Shown: one piece after another, positions 27,432 to 41,708 of the stretch
Layout: every line of letters begins with the position of its first letter
How positions within the stretch are numbered: the stretch's first letter is position 1
DNA from: Octopus sinensis
Lineage: Eukaryota
Reading direction: 5' to 3'
NCBI RefSeq assembly: GCF_006345805.1
Contig: NC_043001.1
Location: 18,972,001 to 19,036,000, forward strand
DNA: 64,000 nt
Translations under genes and position numbers: made by a program
The notes under the pieces: model-generated
Told to the model about the DNA's origin: nothing
The model's database searches: none
What the model saw: only the letters and a program-made list of their open reading frames with translations

Positions 27432-28009
27432 TCGGCCGCCCACTGTCCTCTACGAGGACGTAAACTCACCAGTATCAGTTGTCAAGTGATGTTGGGGGAG
27501 GGAGATGACAAACACAGATACACACATACATATATATATACTACACTACACCATACGACTTTACACATCACCCCTCCTCCTCCCCTCTCCCCCTCATCTC
27601 CTCTCTCTACACTACACCATACGACTTTACACATCACATCATATATACATACACACGTCCAGACCTCTCATACGCACTACATACTCTCTTATACACACAC
27701 ACACTCTTATGTTGGGGCGAGGTCATTTGACCCTGTTATCTCCCCTAATTTCGCTCTTGCGTCTCACGTTTGATCTTTGACTTCTGGCCGAAATCAGATC
27801 GCCATGTTGATTCGCTAGCCTCTGCACGCATTTTTTTTTCTCTCCTTGTTTCTTTCTGTGTTTCTTTTCTGTGTATCTTTCTGTTGAAGAGCGTAGGCTC
27901 GAAACGTAAAAGACTTGTTTTATTTATATTCCTGAGCGCCATACTAATACAATTGTTTGTTTGTATTCCACCTGCCTTCGTCTTTTGTTTATTTTCATAA
28001 AGCTTCCCG

Positions 28010-28071
<62 letters not shown>

Positions 28072-28226
28072 ACGACGGGCTTCTTTCAGTTTCCGTCTGC
28101 CAAATCCACTCACAAGGCTTTGGTCGACCCGAGGCTATAGTAGAAGACACTTGCTCAAGGTGCCACGCAGTGGGACTGAATCCGGAACCATGTGGTTCGT
28201 AAGCAAGCTACTTACCACACAGCCAC
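27432..28226 (-). mobile_element. SINE family A split by insertions in its internal microsatellite
   Basis: Body at 27432-27530 and head at 28063-28226. Confidence 0.7.
27760..28010 (+). mobile_element. Penelope pLTR-like insertion with an HHR-fold motif (A6U, extra A) at 27876-27913, inside a SINE microsatellite
   Basis: TCTTT-CTGTTGAA-GAGC-gtag-GCTC-GAAACGTA-AAAGA; the 3' end runs into (TA)n. Confidence 0.6.
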
Positions 28227-28436
28227 AATTGCTTTGTCTTAGATATCCAGCAGATTCAGAAAGTCAGAAATATTTATGGTTCTTGACACCCAGTCAGGAA
28301 ATTTTTATGGCCAGTTTGCCTATTTAACAAAAGCCGTAATACTTGCCGATGCTTAATTTTCATCGACAGAGATAATAAAATATTCACAGAAGTAACACTA
28401 TCAGGCGTGATAAACCTATGAGTAAAGTTTGAAGTA

Positions 28437-28602
28437 GGCGTAGGAGTGGCTGTGTGATAAGTAGCTTAAGAATCGCATAGTTCCGGGTTCAGTCCTAGTG
28501 CGTGGCACCTTGGGCAAGTCTCTTCTACTATAGCCTCGGGCCGACCAAAGCCTTGTGAGTGGATTTGGTAGACGGAAATTGAAAGAAGCCCGTCGTATAT
28601 AT

Positions 28603-28670
<68 letters not shown>

Positions 28671-28884
28671 TTTTTGTGTGTCTGTGTTTGTCCCCCCAAC
28701 ATCGCTTGACAACCGATGCTGGTGTGTTTACGTCCCCGTAACTTAGCGGTTCGGCAAAAGAGACCGATAGAATAAGTACTAGGCTTACAAATAATAAGTC
28801 CTGGGGTCAATTTGCTCGACTAAAGGCGGTGCACCAGCATGGCCGCAGTCAAATGACTGAAACAAGTAAAAGAGTAAAAGAGTA
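28437..28884 (+). mobile_element. SINE family A
   Basis: Full copy. Confidence 0.85.
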
Positions 28885-29879
28885 TTGTCTAGTCTTCTTT
28901 ATCCCGTGAAAGAATAATTACAAAACTAGAAAACTTGGTTAGATATTAATGTACCAATATGATTGTAATTAAGTATAAATATCTATTTCTTATGATTGTA
29001 ATTAAGTATAAATATCTATCATAAATCACTTTTATTAAAGAATTCCTGTTGTTTATCATATATGTCTATAGTCTTTACAATGTTTTATTGGTATATTCTC
29101 AAACTGTCTTTAGGTTTTCTTATTCTATGACAAGGTAATTTAAATATCATATAGTAAATACGAAAATCTCGAATTAATAGATATTGATAGATATTGGGAG
29201 GGTTATTATGCCAATAATAAACACACGTACTAATTCTAATTTACTTTTATTATGAGTTCCAATTCCGCCGAGGTCGACTTTGCATTTCCTCCTTTCGTGG
29301 TGGATAAAATAAGTACCAGTCGAACATTGGGGTGGATGTAATCGTTTTAACCCCTAATCCCGAAATTGCTGCCTTTGTGGCAACATTTAAAGCCATTATT
29401 AGTAATTTCGTTCAACGTTTAACTAATTAACGAATCGATTGATCTTTCAGTTAATCAATCAGCTAGCTTTCTCAAAGTTCTTTCGGTGCCACTCGCAACC
29501 CTACTTGAAACAGACCTGGAGTAAAGAGGGCAGATCAATGTTGAAGTAGCAAATGGCGACAAAAGGACTTTGACGGACGCAGATGACTGATTGACTGACC
29601 GAACGATTACTCAAAAATTCATTTAGTTAATTGATTAAACAGTAGCCTAATAACCCTCCTGAGAGACAAGGAAATCCATTTCAATATCCTTGTTTACAAG
29701 AATCTTGCAAACTAAATACACAAACGAAATAATAGTTTATATAGCTTAGTTTCTCTCAGGGTCTGTGTTTTCACAAACCATACTGATTACTAATTTCTTC
29801 TTCCCCTTTTGAATATGAAAAAAAGGAACATACGTTCAACAAGATCGATCACAGATCGATCAAAAGGATTTAAAAGAAG

Positions 29880-30128
29880 TTTATTTACATTATTCAAATT
29901 ATTTGCATTTGACGGATATTTGTCCTCATCTTGTTTGTTGTTAACATTTTTCGGCTGTCTTGGAGAAATTTCGAACTGGTTTCTCATTCCTAAGGTATTT
30001 TTCGATGTTATTATTATTATTATTATTATTATTGTTGTTGTTGTTGTTGTTAGTGTTGAGGTCACTGCTTGGGATCGAACTCGGAATCTTGGGATTAGTA
30101 GCCCGCGCTCTTAACCACTTCGCCATAT
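29880..30128 (-). mobile_element. tRNA-head SINE (family E) whose tail is homologous to the HHR-core fragment at 34012-34082
   Basis: A/B-box head, (AAC)(AAT)n linker, tail taggaatgaga..aaatttc.ccaag.ca..gccgaaa. Confidence 0.65.
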
Positions 30129-31639
30129 GGCGAAGTTTGAATTGAAAAAGATTAAAGTTGCACTGCCTGCCTATGCAGAGCTTTTAGCACCATATGCAAT
30201 ATATTCTTACGTAATATACTTCCTATTACCTACTTTTCCCATCCAGATGGACTGAATATTTTGACTATCAAGAATGATTGTGTTGTTAGGAATTTTGCTT
30301 CGCAACTACTTGGTATCAATTTTTTTTTTTGTTGATTTTATCTTTCACCAAGGATGCTAGGCAATGCCCAAGACCATTTACAGGGGCTCCAAAGACTGAT
30401 AGAAGAGTGGAAGGAGACAGTCATCATTAAATTTTAGACCTGACCTGAATGCTTGCATTGGAGTAAACTCTGAACTCTGCTAGAGGCATCAGGGATGTCA
30501 GATGATGGTGCTAAACTGAATAACAAATTAAATGTATCCCAAGTAGACCTTAAGATTTGAACTCAAGATGCAAGAGCGGTTGTAAAGCATATCACAAACT
30601 AACCTGTTTGCTATTCTTGTTCCGCCAGTCCACTGTTGTGGAGGGTAGTTGGTACGTCTTTTTGTTGTCTCCAAATAAATGAAAAGCAAAGATGAGCTCG
30701 ATGCGGTTTGAACTCAAAGCGCAGAGATTTCGAACAAAAGCCTCTAGTTATTTTATCTTCTGATTCACCACCTTACCTTATTGTTATAAATCCAAACTCG
30801 AATACCAAAGTTTTAAAAGGTTTTAATCGACTACAAATACAGCAATATACTATACAATGCAAAGATTGCTAAATTGTAAGCAAAACCAAACTTCAACGCA
30901 ATAACATTTTTTATGCAGCGAATTGCTACATTCTCGACTAACTAAATCCAATGCTGAACACGTCGAGCCGCAAACAGAACAGAACTCTGCGCAGTCGCAC
31001 TGCAGGCATATAACAGCAATCGAGACAATCAAAATCACGTGATCAAAACTAAAATCACAACACTTATTGCGCCGCACTTTGCGCAAATGTCTTTTGCCTT
31101 AGTCTCGAGTCGGAGCTCGAAAATATATGGAAGACAATCGGAGGTATTGCTCATCTTCTTGACTTGTTTATCTTAATCTGTCACAAGGTTTAATCTTAGC
31201 ATCAGTCCGTGGGAGCCTATCAGAATTAGAATCGACTAATTATGACTCCGTTATAAACATTCTGAATGAGTCTCCGGTCTGAGGAAGATTGCTTTCCACG
31301 CTTCTTTCCATCTGCCTCAACGAACACCCTGGAACGGGTCAAAGGTGTTGCACTTCTTCCTCAAACTTCACCATCAAAAGAAGTTACGAGAAGAACGAAG
31401 CGGAATTCAGTTAAGTCAAACAATTGTAATACTACTATTAAAATAACTTTTATAAGCTTTAAACTTTTTCGTTTTCATTAAATTAATTTCATAATTAAAA
31501 TACAAATCGGAAGACTAAACGGAACACTTGATGAAAAATCGATAACATAAAATACTGGTTAGGTTATCGATCCAATATTTACAAGACAACACATCAATAA
31601 GTTGTATTATACTCAAGGGAAATTAAATGTCTATATATC

Positions 31640-31917
<278 letters not shown>

Positions 31918-32140
31918 GGGGGGGATCTGTTAATGTGTTTTTCGCACAAGTATATCACTTAGGCAAACATAATCATTTTGGAGTAGCAACGAACGCAATA
32001 ATTTCTATTTCCAATTTAGCTGAAGTCAATAAGCCTCATTAAAAATATTGACTTCATTTCAACTATCGTTTGTGCATGTTATTACTTTTTTGAATTATAA
32101 CAATTTATATATAAATTTGCACTATTCATAATTTATACAT

Positions 32141-32185
<45 letters not shown>

Positions 32186-32373
32186 TTGCAATATTCGTTA
32201 AGGTTGCTTTAACGGTTTCTTCATATAGTTTAACTGATTGTTAGGCTGCCAACGAAACTTATTGTCCTATTATGAACATAAATTTTACTTTACGTTTAAT
32301 AATTTTAAAATAACATATCCTGTTATTTTAAAAGTTGGACTCAAAATAAAAAATTAAAAATATGTCTGAGTAT

Positions 32374-32404
<31 letters not shown>

Positions 32405-32434
32405 GGTATACACACACACACACACAAATATGCA

Positions 32435-32655
32435 AGTTGGCAGAATCGTTAGGGCGCTGGACGAAATACTTAATGATATTCCGTCCGTCGCTACGTTTTG
32501 AGTTCGAATTCCGCCGAGGTCAACTGTATCTTGCATCCTTTCGGGGTAGATAAACTAAATACCAGTTGAAAACTGGGGTCGGGGTAATGGACTCATTCCC
32601 TCCACCAAATTGCTGCTCTTGTGGAAAATTTTGAAGCCATTATTATTATTATTGA
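32435..32655 (+). mobile_element. SINE family C variant with (TTA)n tail
   Basis: Core present. Partial relatives at about 29260-29400, 54010-54175, 58425-58570 and 58640-58835. Confidence 0.75.
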
Positions 32656-33225
32656 GTGAGAGAGCTGTGCATGCCATCAAAGTGACACTGGAGTAAAATA
32701 TACGAAGCCAGTATACCCATCATGACAACCCGTCTGATAAGGGTACACCAGGCACATGCATCAACCATATGTGCGCGACATGATGATCTCATATCAAGAT
32801 AAACAGCACATGACCTTGCGGGTGGGGCCCAGTTAGAATTTTCTTCAGGTTGAGTAACCCATCCTGCTCAAAAGATCCCTGAATAAGGGTTGTTTAAGGA
32901 TGTTGAACGAAGCACCCATGTTTCCAGAGGTGAATTATCCAGACTCCAAAGAATTCCTTTCAACATATGGCTATGATGCTCTCCGACTACTTCTGCTCGT
33001 GATCAAAGATTGCACATATCGTCAGCCACTAAGGGACATGCTCAACTAGTTAAGGTCAAACAACTGACAAGCAAATCTGTGGTATTTATCAGAATATTTG
33101 CAGTAGCCCATCTTTTATGCCAAACCAAAAGAATGTACATGATAACACTTCCAGTCAATTAAGATCGGAAGCCACGAGAGCCACTGACTAGTACTGCCAC
33201 AGGGCATTTATTATTATTATTATTA
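32655..33225. repeat. Unclassified ~570-bp element between (TTA)n tracts
   Basis: Higher GC than surroundings with sharp microsatellite boundaries; no second copy in the window. Confidence 0.35.
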
Positions 33226-33739
33226 AGCGCACAGACTGAATGATTAAATACATGGATATTGTTTTGCAAAGATTAACAATATTCTCACCCATTCACAATT
33301 TTATTCTTTTGTCTTTAAGTTCAAAGCTTTACACAACTTTGCAGCGAATAATAGAAGATAGTCGAACGAACTGATTTTCAGCACTGAACCATACATATCT
33401 TTTCCGTTGAAGAGAGATGGGTTAAGTGATATATTTGTCTTGGATTTTCCCATCTATTTCCAACTTACACAGGATAGCCATCTTGAAATTTTCATTCGTC
33501 TACCTGTAAGATCTGATGATTGTATTAAAATTGTGCTGTGAAGCATATAGACCCTCAATCGGCCTCGCTTCTGACATAAAATCAACGGTAACCGGTATAT
33601 CTACAGCTCTGTTATACACATTATAAAGTAAATATTTCATTCTTCATCTGAGTTTTCTCACTGTTCGTTATTGTATATAACGCAATACACATAGGAAAAA
33701 AGCACTCATTCATTACATCGACATAGAAGGAGGGGTTGT

Positions 33740-34010
33740 AATATCCATTGATGAGATTAATTCGAACTTAACAACGGTCTGTGATGGTTTTCCAGTTATC
33801 TTTTCAATGACATGCAAGAACGCTCTCACAGAATTACTGCAGATACTTTTCTAGAATCTCTTTGCATATGGCAAACTTGCCATGGTATTATATACCCTAT
33901 CCATAGAAGAGAAAGAAGACCAGAAGTTAAGAATTGCAGGCTTATCTTTGTCACCTAACACGCAGCATGGCTTCCGTCCAGGGAAGAGTTGCCTTATACA
34001 GCAACTATTA
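33740..34010 (+). pseudogene. CR1/L2-like RT fragment
   Basis: DGFPVIFSMTCKNALTELLQILF and TQHGFRPGKSCL. Confidence 0.65.
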
Positions 34011-34011
34011 T

Positions 34012-34082
34012 GATAGGAATGAGAGCCCAGGTTTTAAATTTCCCCAAGGCACCTGATGAAGGCTGGAGAGTATGTCACCGAA
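34012..34082 (+). mobile_element. Family E tail fragment with CTGATGAA-GGCTG HHR core
   Basis: cac-CTGATGA-a-ggctg-gagagtatgt-cacc-gaa; helix II and III are damaged. Confidence 0.5.
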
Positions 34083-34087
34083 CTCTC

Positions 34088-34400
34088 CTCACTCTCTTTT
34101 ACTCTTCATTCTTTTACTTTTTTACTTGTTTCAGTCATTTGACTGCGGCCATGCTGCAGCACCACCTTTAATCGAGCAAATCGACCCCAGGGCTTATTCT
34201 TTGTAAGCCTAGTCCTTATTCTATCGGACTCTTTTGCCGAACCGTTAAGTTACGGGAACGTAAACACACCACCATCGGTTGTCAAGCGATGTTGGGGGGA
34301 CAAACACGGACACACAACCATATACACACACATACATATATATACATATATACGACGGGCTTCTTTCAGTTTCCGTCTACCAAATCCACTCACAAACACT
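34088..34400 (-). mobile_element. SINE family A, 3' half
   Basis: Tail and body present; head absent. Confidence 0.8.
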
Positions 34401-34792
34401 CACAAATCCACTCTACTACACAAGGACAGACAAACGTATTAAGTCGATTACATCAACCCCAGTGTGTAACTGGTACTTAATTTATCGACCCCGAAACGAT
34501 GAAAGGCAAAGTCGACCTCGGCGGAATTTGAACTCAGAACGCAACGGCAGACGAAATACCTATTTCTTTACTACCCACAAGGGGCTAAACACAAAGGGGA
34601 CAAACAAGGACAGACAAACGGATTAAGTCGATTATATGAGGTCCAGTGCGTAACTGGTACTTATTTAATCGACCCCGAAAGGATGAAAGGCAAAGTCGAC
34701 CTCGGCAGAATTTGAACTCAGAATGTAGCGGCAGACGAAATACAGCTAAGCATTTCGCCCGGCGTGCTAGCGATTCTGCCAGCTCGCCGCCT
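34400..34792 (-). mobile_element. SINE family C dimer
   Basis: Head plus two bodies. Confidence 0.85.
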
Positions 34793-35061
34793 TACTACTT
34801 GTAAATAACAAGCAACAGAAGAGCAGGTAGAAAACTGCTATGTGGTCATTAAACTTACTAGAAATAGCAGTCAAATCCCTTCCTAATCACAAACCGTAAT
34901 GTTTTAAAACAAAGAGCTTGTTGTTCGGGAATATTCGATACTTTAATGCTTGTTTTGAAAATTGTAGATGCTTCAGTTCTTAGTGATACCTTCTTAGTGA
35001 TAAATAATCAATCAGTTTAGTGTACTGACTTTAGCCGTTGATATCAGTTTAGTAGTAAATA

Positions 35062-36070
35062 GGCGCAGCCATGACTGTGTGGTTAGGAAGTTCGCTTTGT
35101 AGTCGCATGATTTCTGGTTCAGTCCCACTGCGCTATGTGGAGGCGCAATGGCCCAGTGGTTAGGGCAGCGGACTCGCGGTTTCGATTCCCAGACTGGGCG
35201 TTGTGTGAGTTTATTGAGCAAAAACACCTAAAAGCTCCACGAGACTCCGGCAGGGGGGGGGGAGACCCCCGTTGTACTCTTTCGCCACACCTTTCTCTCG
35301 CTCTCTCTTCCTGTTTCTTGAGTAATGCTGCGATGGACTGGCGTCCCGTCCAGCTGGGGGAAACACATACGCCACAGAAACTGGGAAACCGAACCTATGA
35401 GCTTGGTTATGCTTGAAAAGGGCAGCTTTTATCGTACACACTGCGCTATAGCCCTTATTCGAACAATGCCTGTGAGTAAATTCGGTGCACGGAAACTGTG
35501 TGGAATCTCGTCCTATATATGTGCGTGTCTCTGTGCCTGTGTTTGTCGCCCTCAACCACTTGACAATCGGTGTTGGTTTGTTTACTTTCCTGTAACTTAT
35601 TAGTTCGGCGAAAGAGTCTGATTGTTGTTGTTTGTTCCTTCTCTAGCCATACCTGGCTCATAAGGGCTGGTTTTTCGGCTTCTTGGCGTATAGATTCCCC
35701 ACCTGGCCGGGACGCCGACCCGTCGCAGGTGAGCTGCAAGATGCAGGAGGAAAGAGTGAGAGAAAGTTGTGACGAAAGAACCAACAGAAGTTTCGTCATT
35801 ACCTTCTGCTGGAGCCTCGTGAAGCTTAGGTGTTTCGATCATAAACACATACATCGCCCTGTCTGAGATTCGAACCCGCGATCCCTCGACCGCGAGTCTG
35901 CTGCTCTAACCACTAGGCCATGTGCCTCCACAAATGAGTCCGATAGAAAGTACCAGAGTTTAAAAAAGATGTAATTACTTGGGGGTTGATTTGTTTAACT
36001 AAAACCCTTCAGAGCCGTGTCTCAGCAAGGCGGAACCGCAATCCAATGACTGGAACTAGTAAAAGAATAA
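35062..36070 (+). mobile_element. Old SINE family A with two nested family B SINEs
   Basis: Nested insertions at 35137-35438 (11-bp duplication cactgcgctat) and 35621-35930. Confidence 0.7.
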
Positions 36071-36077
36071 CGGAAAA

Positions 36078-36472
36078 TCTTTATATATAAAAGTGAAGTT
36101 GTGTGTCTGTCTCCTACGATTTAGATTCCAAACTACTCCCACATTTTGCAGTGCAGTTTAACCAAAACCGGGTATCTTATAGTCGTGATTCATATCGAGC
36201 CCTTCTGGGTATTAGCGCGCGTCTACAATGAGTCTACGATTTAAAAAAAAATTACCATCATTTTTTTCCATTTTAATGCATTTGTTTCGCTATTATATAC
36301 GGGAAGTAACTCTCTAAAAATGTCTACGATGAGTCAACGATTTTTAAAAAGTTTACCATCATTTTTTCCATTTTTAATGCATTTTTTTGCTATTTTTTGG
36401 CTATAACTCTCTAAAAATGCTTATATAGTTAATTCCCTTACAAACCCGAGCAACGCCGGGCGATACTGCTAG
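36078..36472 (+). mobile_element. Non-autonomous Helitron (short variant)
   Basis: A|TC start, hairpin plus CTAG|T end, no target-site duplication, internal duplicated segment. Confidence 0.85.
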
Positions 36473-37877
36473 TATAAAATAAAAGAGATAATGACAAGTT
36501 GACAGGATTGCCAGGCAGATGGAAGTCTTTCCAATCATAGCTTTTAGTATTTAAATAGTTCTGCTTCGCTTTCTTAAAATTGCTTCCATTCGTTTAGCGC
36601 ATCTTCGAATCATATTGCTGTCTGTTTGTACATGACTTGTTCTGAACAGAGACTATTTCTGGGAGAAGCCCATAGAATGAAAACAAACAAATGTCTCCGC
36701 AATGACGTCATTACATGACAAATATGTCGTAGCTTAACTGCTGAAGCGAATGTCAATGGTTATCTATTGTCATGTTAATGTTCGTTCGCTTGCACATTTC
36801 AGCTTATTTTATTCTGTCTCCGTTAGTCTCTATCTCTGCCTCTCCGCTCGTTATCTCTCTACAAATAGAGTTAATACCGCTTTTTTTTCTCTCTCTAAAT
36901 TTCATTCAATATTCCAGTGAATTCATTCAACAAGTGTAACGGGACGTATTCTTTTATCAAAGGATACCGCGACGAAACAGTTCAGCCACAAATATTTCCT
37001 GTCAATAAAACCTGTTGTGTAATAAAAGACGACAATTCTAGAATTCTCAATTTTCTATTTATGAAAGCATTAAAAAACTATCGCAACTATATACCGTTTT
37101 TTACATTTTTTCTTTGCTAGATATTTACTTACGAGGAATAGATAAATAACAAGATATATTGCCAGAGACTGATAAGTCACAAATGTTCAACTTCTGAACA
37201 TACAAACATTACAAAACGTCGGTTGTACAAATCAATATTTTATCAATGGCTTATGAACACCTATCATAGTAGCTGTTATAAGGACGTTATTTATAGAGGG
37301 CGCTTACTTCAATTTTCGGCTTTACACGTATCTTAGGTAAACAAGCTCAGAACAATTAACTAAAACTAACTAAAAGCTTCATGTTTTAATCATTGCCACA
37401 TGAATAAAGTAGAGGATATTTATCAGAAATCAATGATTGAATCGTAAAGGCTGAAAAACGTGACGCCCATATTAATTTAAAATCCCATTCGTATTGTTTT
37501 TCTGTGAATTAATGAGAGGGAAAGGAGTTAGTGTTCGCCACAACTTTAAGTACTTCCAGTTTGGTTGGTGGGGGTTGATGTGATCGACATTCTGTGATGT
37601 TAGCAGGAAACACTGATAATTGCTGGAAAATATGAACAAATAAATTTAAGAGGTTCCCGTCCGAGGCGAGAGAAGGTAGCTGGAGGAAACGATTAATGTA
37701 GAATCTGAGATGGTGAATCACAATAGGAGATATATAATGAATTAAGATTATTTTATGCATCGCGAAACTGGTTGACATTGCCATTTTAGTATAACGACAG
37801 CCAGAATTTATTTTTTTACTTTACTAAATGGATTTTTGAAGACTTTATAGAATTCTTTCCCCCAAAACTTTTCGATC

Positions 37878-38277
37878 AGGCACAGGAAAGGCTGTGGGGT
37901 AAGTAGCTTGCTTACCAACCACATGGTCCCGGGTTCTGTCCCACTGCGTGGCACCTTAGGCAAGTGTCTTTTACTATAGCCTCGGGCCGACCAAAGCCTT
38001 GTGAGTGGATTTGGTAGATGGAAACTGAAAGAAGCCCTTCGTATATATGTATATATATATATATGTATGCGTGTGTATATGTTTGTGTGTCTGTGTTTGT
38101 TCCCCCCCAACATCGCTTGACAACCGATTCTGATGTGTTCCCGTAACTTAGCGGCTCAGCAAAAGAGACCGGTAGAATAAGTACTAGGCTTACAAAGAAT
38201 AAGTCCTGGGGTCAATTTGCTCGACCAAAGGCGGTGCTCCAGCATGGCCGCAGTCAAATGACTGAAACAAGTAAAAT
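37878..38277 (+). mobile_element. SINE family A
   Basis: Full copy. Confidence 0.85.
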
Positions 38278-38617
38278 TAGCTCTGTAGGAATGATATCTG
38301 CAGAGAAAATTTCTACGTTTACTATTCGATCTTCGTTGAACTGACTTCGCATTTGTCATACTTAGTTAAACTCTAACCCACACCTAGTTTTGACACTTTA
38401 TTAGTCTCGGTGCCAATACGCATATACGCCAATCATGAAAAACCTCTGGTCGATTCACACAAACAAAGCCACAAGTCTTGTCAACATTTCTTCGTTTACC
38501 ATCAAACATCTCGCGAGAGGTAGCTTCTGTCATATTTGAACTCCTCCATATTTCACAGTTTCTCTCTTATATACACACACACTCTCTTTCCTCTTCTCTC
38601 TTCTCCTTCTCCCACTG

Positions 38618-38661
<44 letters not shown>

Positions 38662-39032
38662 TAGCTCTCTATCTCTCCCTCTCTCTGGATCTATGCTCAG
38701 TCCTGTAACATGCTAATAAATGGCGCATGTCCTTTTTATTAACAAAAGGGGCAAATTTTTTGATCCTGTTAACTATCGACTTATCGATCGATCTCACAAC
38801 CAATTTCCCGATGTGCAGCACATTATCATTGAAACCAAAGCCATCTAGTTACCGACGACATATTTAACTACACAGTCATGCTTACTTCCATCCTTAATGA
38901 TGGTCAAGCTGAACATCAGCCATAGCGATCTCACTGGTCTCGTAGGACGATAAAGGTCACGGTCACTGCATCGTTATCAAAGCCATAAATAATTCGCTTT
39001 AGCGCACAAATGCTTGCAAAAAGAATCACAAG

Positions 39033-39076
<44 letters not shown>

Positions 39077-39185
39077 TGTATATATATATATATATATACG
39101 ACAGGCTTCTTTCAGTTTCCGTCTACCAACTCCACTCACAAGGCATTGGTCATATATATATTTGTGTGTGTGTGTGTGTGTGTGT

Positions 39186-39467
39186 GTGGAGGCGCAATGG
39201 CCCAGTGGTTAGGGCAGCGGACTCGCAGTCGTAGGATCGCGGTTTCGCTTCCCAGACCGGGCGTTTTGAGTGTTTATTGAGCGAAAACACCTAAAAGCTC
39301 CACGTCGCTCTGGCAGGGGGTGGTGGCGATCCCTGCTGTATTCTTTCGCCACAACTTTCTCTCACTCTTTCTTCTGTTGGCCAGCAGGGTTCGTCATTTG
39401 AAGGCTAAAACAATGCGAAGCGCATTGTGACCAGCGATGTGTAGCAACATCTGATAGCCTGGTCGGT

Positions 39468-39474
<7 letters not shown>
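39186..39474 (+). mobile_element. SINE family B1
   Basis: Homologous to 13563-13858. Confidence 0.85.
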
Positions 39475-39519
<45 letters not shown>

Positions 39520-39589
39520 TCATGTGTATATAGAGAGACACACGATTTGTGTGCGTGCGTGTGTCTGTCTATACGTACGAGTGTATTTC

Positions 39590-39875
39590 TGTCACTCTTT
39601 CATTTGTTTCACTCATTTGACAGCGGCTATGCCGGAGCACTGCCTTTAGTCGAACAAATGAACCCCAGGACTTATTTGTAAGCCTAATACTTATTCTATC
39701 GGGTCTCTTTGTCGAACCGCTAAGTTACGGGAACGTAAACACACCATCATCGGTTGTCAAGCAATGGTGGGGTGACAAACACAGACACTTGCCCAAGGTG
39801 CCACGCATTGGGACTGAACCCGGAACCACGTGGCTGGTAAGCAAGCTACTTACCACACAGCCACTCCTGCGCCTA
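39590..39875 (-). mobile_element. SINE family A with internal deletion
   Basis: Head and tail present. Confidence 0.8.
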
Positions 39876-39929
39876 CATACATACATACATACATATACAC
39901 ATACATACAAACATACATACATACACACA

Positions 39930-39963
<34 letters not shown>

Positions 39964-40173
39964 CATACATACATATACACATACATACAAACATACATAC
40001 ATACATACATACATACATACATACACACATACATACATACGTACATACATATACACATACATACAAACATACATACATACATATACACATACGTACAAAC
40101 ATACATACATACATACATACACACATACATACATGCATACATACATACATACATATACACATACATACAAACA

Positions 40174-40205
<32 letters not shown>

Positions 40206-40212
40206 CATACAA

Positions 40213-40243
<31 letters not shown>

Positions 40244-40327
40244 CACATACATACAAACATACATACATACATACATACATACATACATAATACATACATA
40301 CATACATACATACATACATACATACAT
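39876..40327. repeat. Degenerate (TACA)n microsatellite
   Basis: Direct reading. Confidence 0.95.
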
Positions 40328-40328
40328 A

Positions 40329-41590
40329 GGGTAAGCTTAGGAGACTTGGGTCATTTTTACATTTCAATGTGATACAGACCTTCTGTGCATAAGAGAGAAT
40401 TCTTTACCAACTTGTAATATTCATAGAATAGCGACTTATAATATGCCAGGTATATAGTTTCAAATGGGTGTAAACTGAAACAACGAGAGCACGCTTTTTA
40501 AAGGGTAGCGATTTGACCCAACCCTCCCAGGAGATGGTGAGTGTTGGGACATAGGAGGACTTGAGATAAGTAATATTTTAATTGAGTGTACGCTAAGATG
40601 AAGCACTAATATAACTACATATAAATTATCCTAGTTTTATTTTGAGCAACATCACATCAAGAAACGTAAAGTAGAAGGAGGCCTACATCATAGAAAAACT
40701 AAACAAGATTGGAAATGTCGAAGATCCAAACTAACCTATATACACCCGGTTTCATCTGCGTTATAAATGTCGTGGCATTCAAACTTATGCAGGTTTATAA
40801 CACTCTTTAAGTTATAAAACTTGCCAACATTATAGCGATTGAACCTACTTCCTGTAGCAAGAGATGTAACCTCTGGTGTTCGAATTGCTAGATGGTTTCT
40901 TTCTTTAAAGGATATCAAAAAATGCTCACCAGTCATTCCGTTTTGTTGCCAAGAATCAGGAACCGTAACATTGTTTCTTAATGCATGTTCCACTATCAAC
41001 TCATGGCATTTATTTCGTGTGAGTCCATGAAACTGTTCGGCTAATGTTTTTATGTGAGTCGATAACTCAGCTTCCATCTCTGATGAAAAGGTCATATTTT
41101 TATCCTGCAATTTTTATGTCCCAAACACTTCGTTTTGCTCGTCATTTTGTTAATTGCATTTGTATATGTATCATTTTAGTGTCATTCTTTATTTCATTTA
41201 ATTGGCCACAAGGGCTTTACACAGAAAGGAAGCTATATTGAAATCTTTAGCCGCAGTACGAATACGGCATCCTTTCCTGACGCGATCTCAGGCCCTACAT
41301 AAATCGTCATAAATTGGTCAACACATGTGCAAATTTTAGCCAGTATAAATGCAGATAGATATAAATTTCACCCTTTATGTTGAATTGAAGCCCTATGCAG
41401 TTTAACTTCAAGGCACTTAACCTCGAAAGCAAACACAACCCATTAACAGCTACCAGAGTTTTTGATATTTATCACTGGAAGTAATAAAATTACAGGTTAA
41501 AACTGTTTTTTCACCACACATTAATAAATGGAGAGTTGGTACACTGCTCTACACTCCCGTATATAGCTGTCCCAACTCTCCTCATTTCCT
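40329..41590 (-). mobile_element. Degenerate pogo/Tigger-like DNA transposon
   Basis: ORF 40736-41110 resembles a CENP-B-type HTH plus the start of a DDE domain (..RTPEVTSLA..FNR..DIYNADETG). Imperfect TIRs: aggagacttgggtca and, on the other strand, aggagagttgggaca. Confidence 0.75.
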
Positions 41591-41708
41591 TCATCTTAAC
41601 TTCATACACCATTCTAACTAACGTGAGTCATACGGTGTTTTTTAACGATCACTGTGATAGAGAAACGATATAGGTATATGACAGAATATATTCAATCAGA
41701 ATGTTACA

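Noticed and set aside
30057-30128. tRNA gene (this head and other A/B-box heads)
   Set aside because: No complete acceptor stem; each continues into a SINE body.
33745-33775. ttgatgagattaattcgaac as a hammerhead
   Set aside because: U3 with G8 is unpaired, GAAA is incomplete, and it lies in a LINE remnant.
38955-38970. AGGTCA-CGGTCA nuclear-receptor-like direct repeat
   Set aside because: A single short motif is expected by chance in 64 kb.
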